A stretch of DNA of 64,000 nt from Octopus sinensis (lineage: Eukaryota): assembly GCF_006345805.1 (NCBI RefSeq), contig NW_021835992.1, positions 310,430 to 374,429 of the forward strand, given 5' to 3'. The first letter of the stretch is position 1. The number at the start of each line of letters is the position of its first letter. Shown piece after piece: positions 63,246 through 64,000 of the stretch. The position numbers and the translations under genes are program-made. The notes beneath the pieces are model-generated. The model searched no databases, had not been told where the DNA came from, and saw only the letters and a program-made list of their open reading frames with translations.

Positions 63246-63405
63246 TAATATGACTTATATGACTTTTGGTTGCCCTAGTTGGGACCATTAAATTTGTCTT
63301 GGAATGTTCTGGATTACATTTATCTATCACTTTAACTGGCATTTCAATAGATCAACCCAACAATAATTTATATATTTTACATTCAGACCGATATATATTA
63401 ATTAT

Positions 63406-63549
63406 TGTCGTATGTCATAGTGTCCGGGCTGATAAGATCGACTGATCACTTGAAAACATTAACCAACTAAATTTTCGACTTATTTTTTCAATTTAGTCAA
63501 AAGTGCTACTGAACAGTATCAACGACCCGGGTTCTTATGACATACGACA
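63406..63549. mobile_element. Second copy of the TG...CA MITE (within the duplication)
   Basis: Same TIRs; TSD ATTAT. Confidence 0.88.
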
Positions 63550-63554
63550 ATTAT

Positions 63555-64000
63555 TAACATCGGGAAGGCCTCGGAAAACGTCCAGCACTCCTCCTGCACG
63601 ATAAAGGATGCAGACCGAAAGGGTCAACAGTGCAGCCACAACGACACGTGTGCGGGACACATTGCCTGAGTCCAAGGCGCAGAAAGATTCCGATCCTTAC
63701 CGCTTCATCGTCAAGGAGAGTGCCAGATGTTCGGGAATGCACAAAGCCAAGCTCCACTAGCCGGGGATGCCGCCGAAAGAAGGCAAGCGCGGCGGTGTTG
63801 GTTAGACGACTCGAGCAGCAGATTGAAGGTTTGCTTGCATCTAATTCGATCCCAGGCTCGTTGAGACATTCGATTTTCTGGAAAGTCAAGACCTTGTTCC
63901 CTCCAGACTTCGTTGAAATGAGCCACATCCAAGGAGCGTAGAATTTCCATGACAAGTGTGTAGCTCAAGGAGACGGACGAGACAAAAGCAGGGAACGATA
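63555..64000 (-). mobile_element. CRE-like fragment running off the window edge
   Basis: Inverted copy of 54054-54488 that continues further 5' in the element (SFPAFVSS, cf. LPAFLSS in the long copy). Confidence 0.85.

Larger units (their letters stand above)
54971..63277 (-). mobile_element. hAT DNA transposon hosting nested insertions
   Basis: TIRs TAGGGCAACCA / TGGTTGCCCTA; AATATGAC subterminal arrays; transposase pieces at 61208-61495 (LFCLKC zinc finger), 55566-56095 (VDET, CFAHLLHNCA, TRWGSW) and 55156-55569 (STSISAERSFS); no 8-bp TSD. Confidence 0.88.

Noticed and set aside
62252-64000. A true chromosome end or subtelomere near the right edge of the window
   Set aside because: The TTAGGG-like repeats are interrupted by spacers, enclosed by TIRs and a TSD, and followed by more than 1 kb of ordinary sequence.

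Overview
Eukaryotic, very AT-rich nuclear DNA from an organism with mitochondria. It is probably a genome-reduced animal: it carries tandem-CHHC GTSF1, CCDC51 and DCAF4 homologues, and nearly all introns read are 23-29 nt GT-AG, reminiscent of dicyemids. The taxon cannot be fixed from this window. About ten compact host genes (PPIH, MRPL24, CCDC51, PUM3, ACBP, GTSF1, DCAF4, a secreted EF-hand protein, orphan secreted proteins, one tRNA-Arg-CCT) sit in a dense transposon graveyard, alongside host pseudogene fragments (HFM1 split by a Tc1, a katanin p60 C-terminal half, proteasome-beta and kinase scraps). Main observations: (1) About 17 fragments of CRE-clade (RLE) non-LTR retrotransposons from several subfamilies are dispersed through the window. 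Four carry an exact 12-bp target-site duplication, and one shows a complete twin-priming 5' inversion. (2) Three unrelated TGTC...GACA inverted-repeat elements each have a 5-bp TSD (Ginger2/TDD-like), and a decayed intron-containing retroviral-type integrase lies nearby. One of these elements carries an 11-unit satellite built around TTAGGG-like repeats. (3) A nest of hAT > Tigger > Helitron and hAT > Ginger2 is bracketed by a ~715-bp inverted duplication that abuts the hAT TIR. No rRNA or CRISPR was found. All family assignments come from motif recognition by eye; no database search was run.
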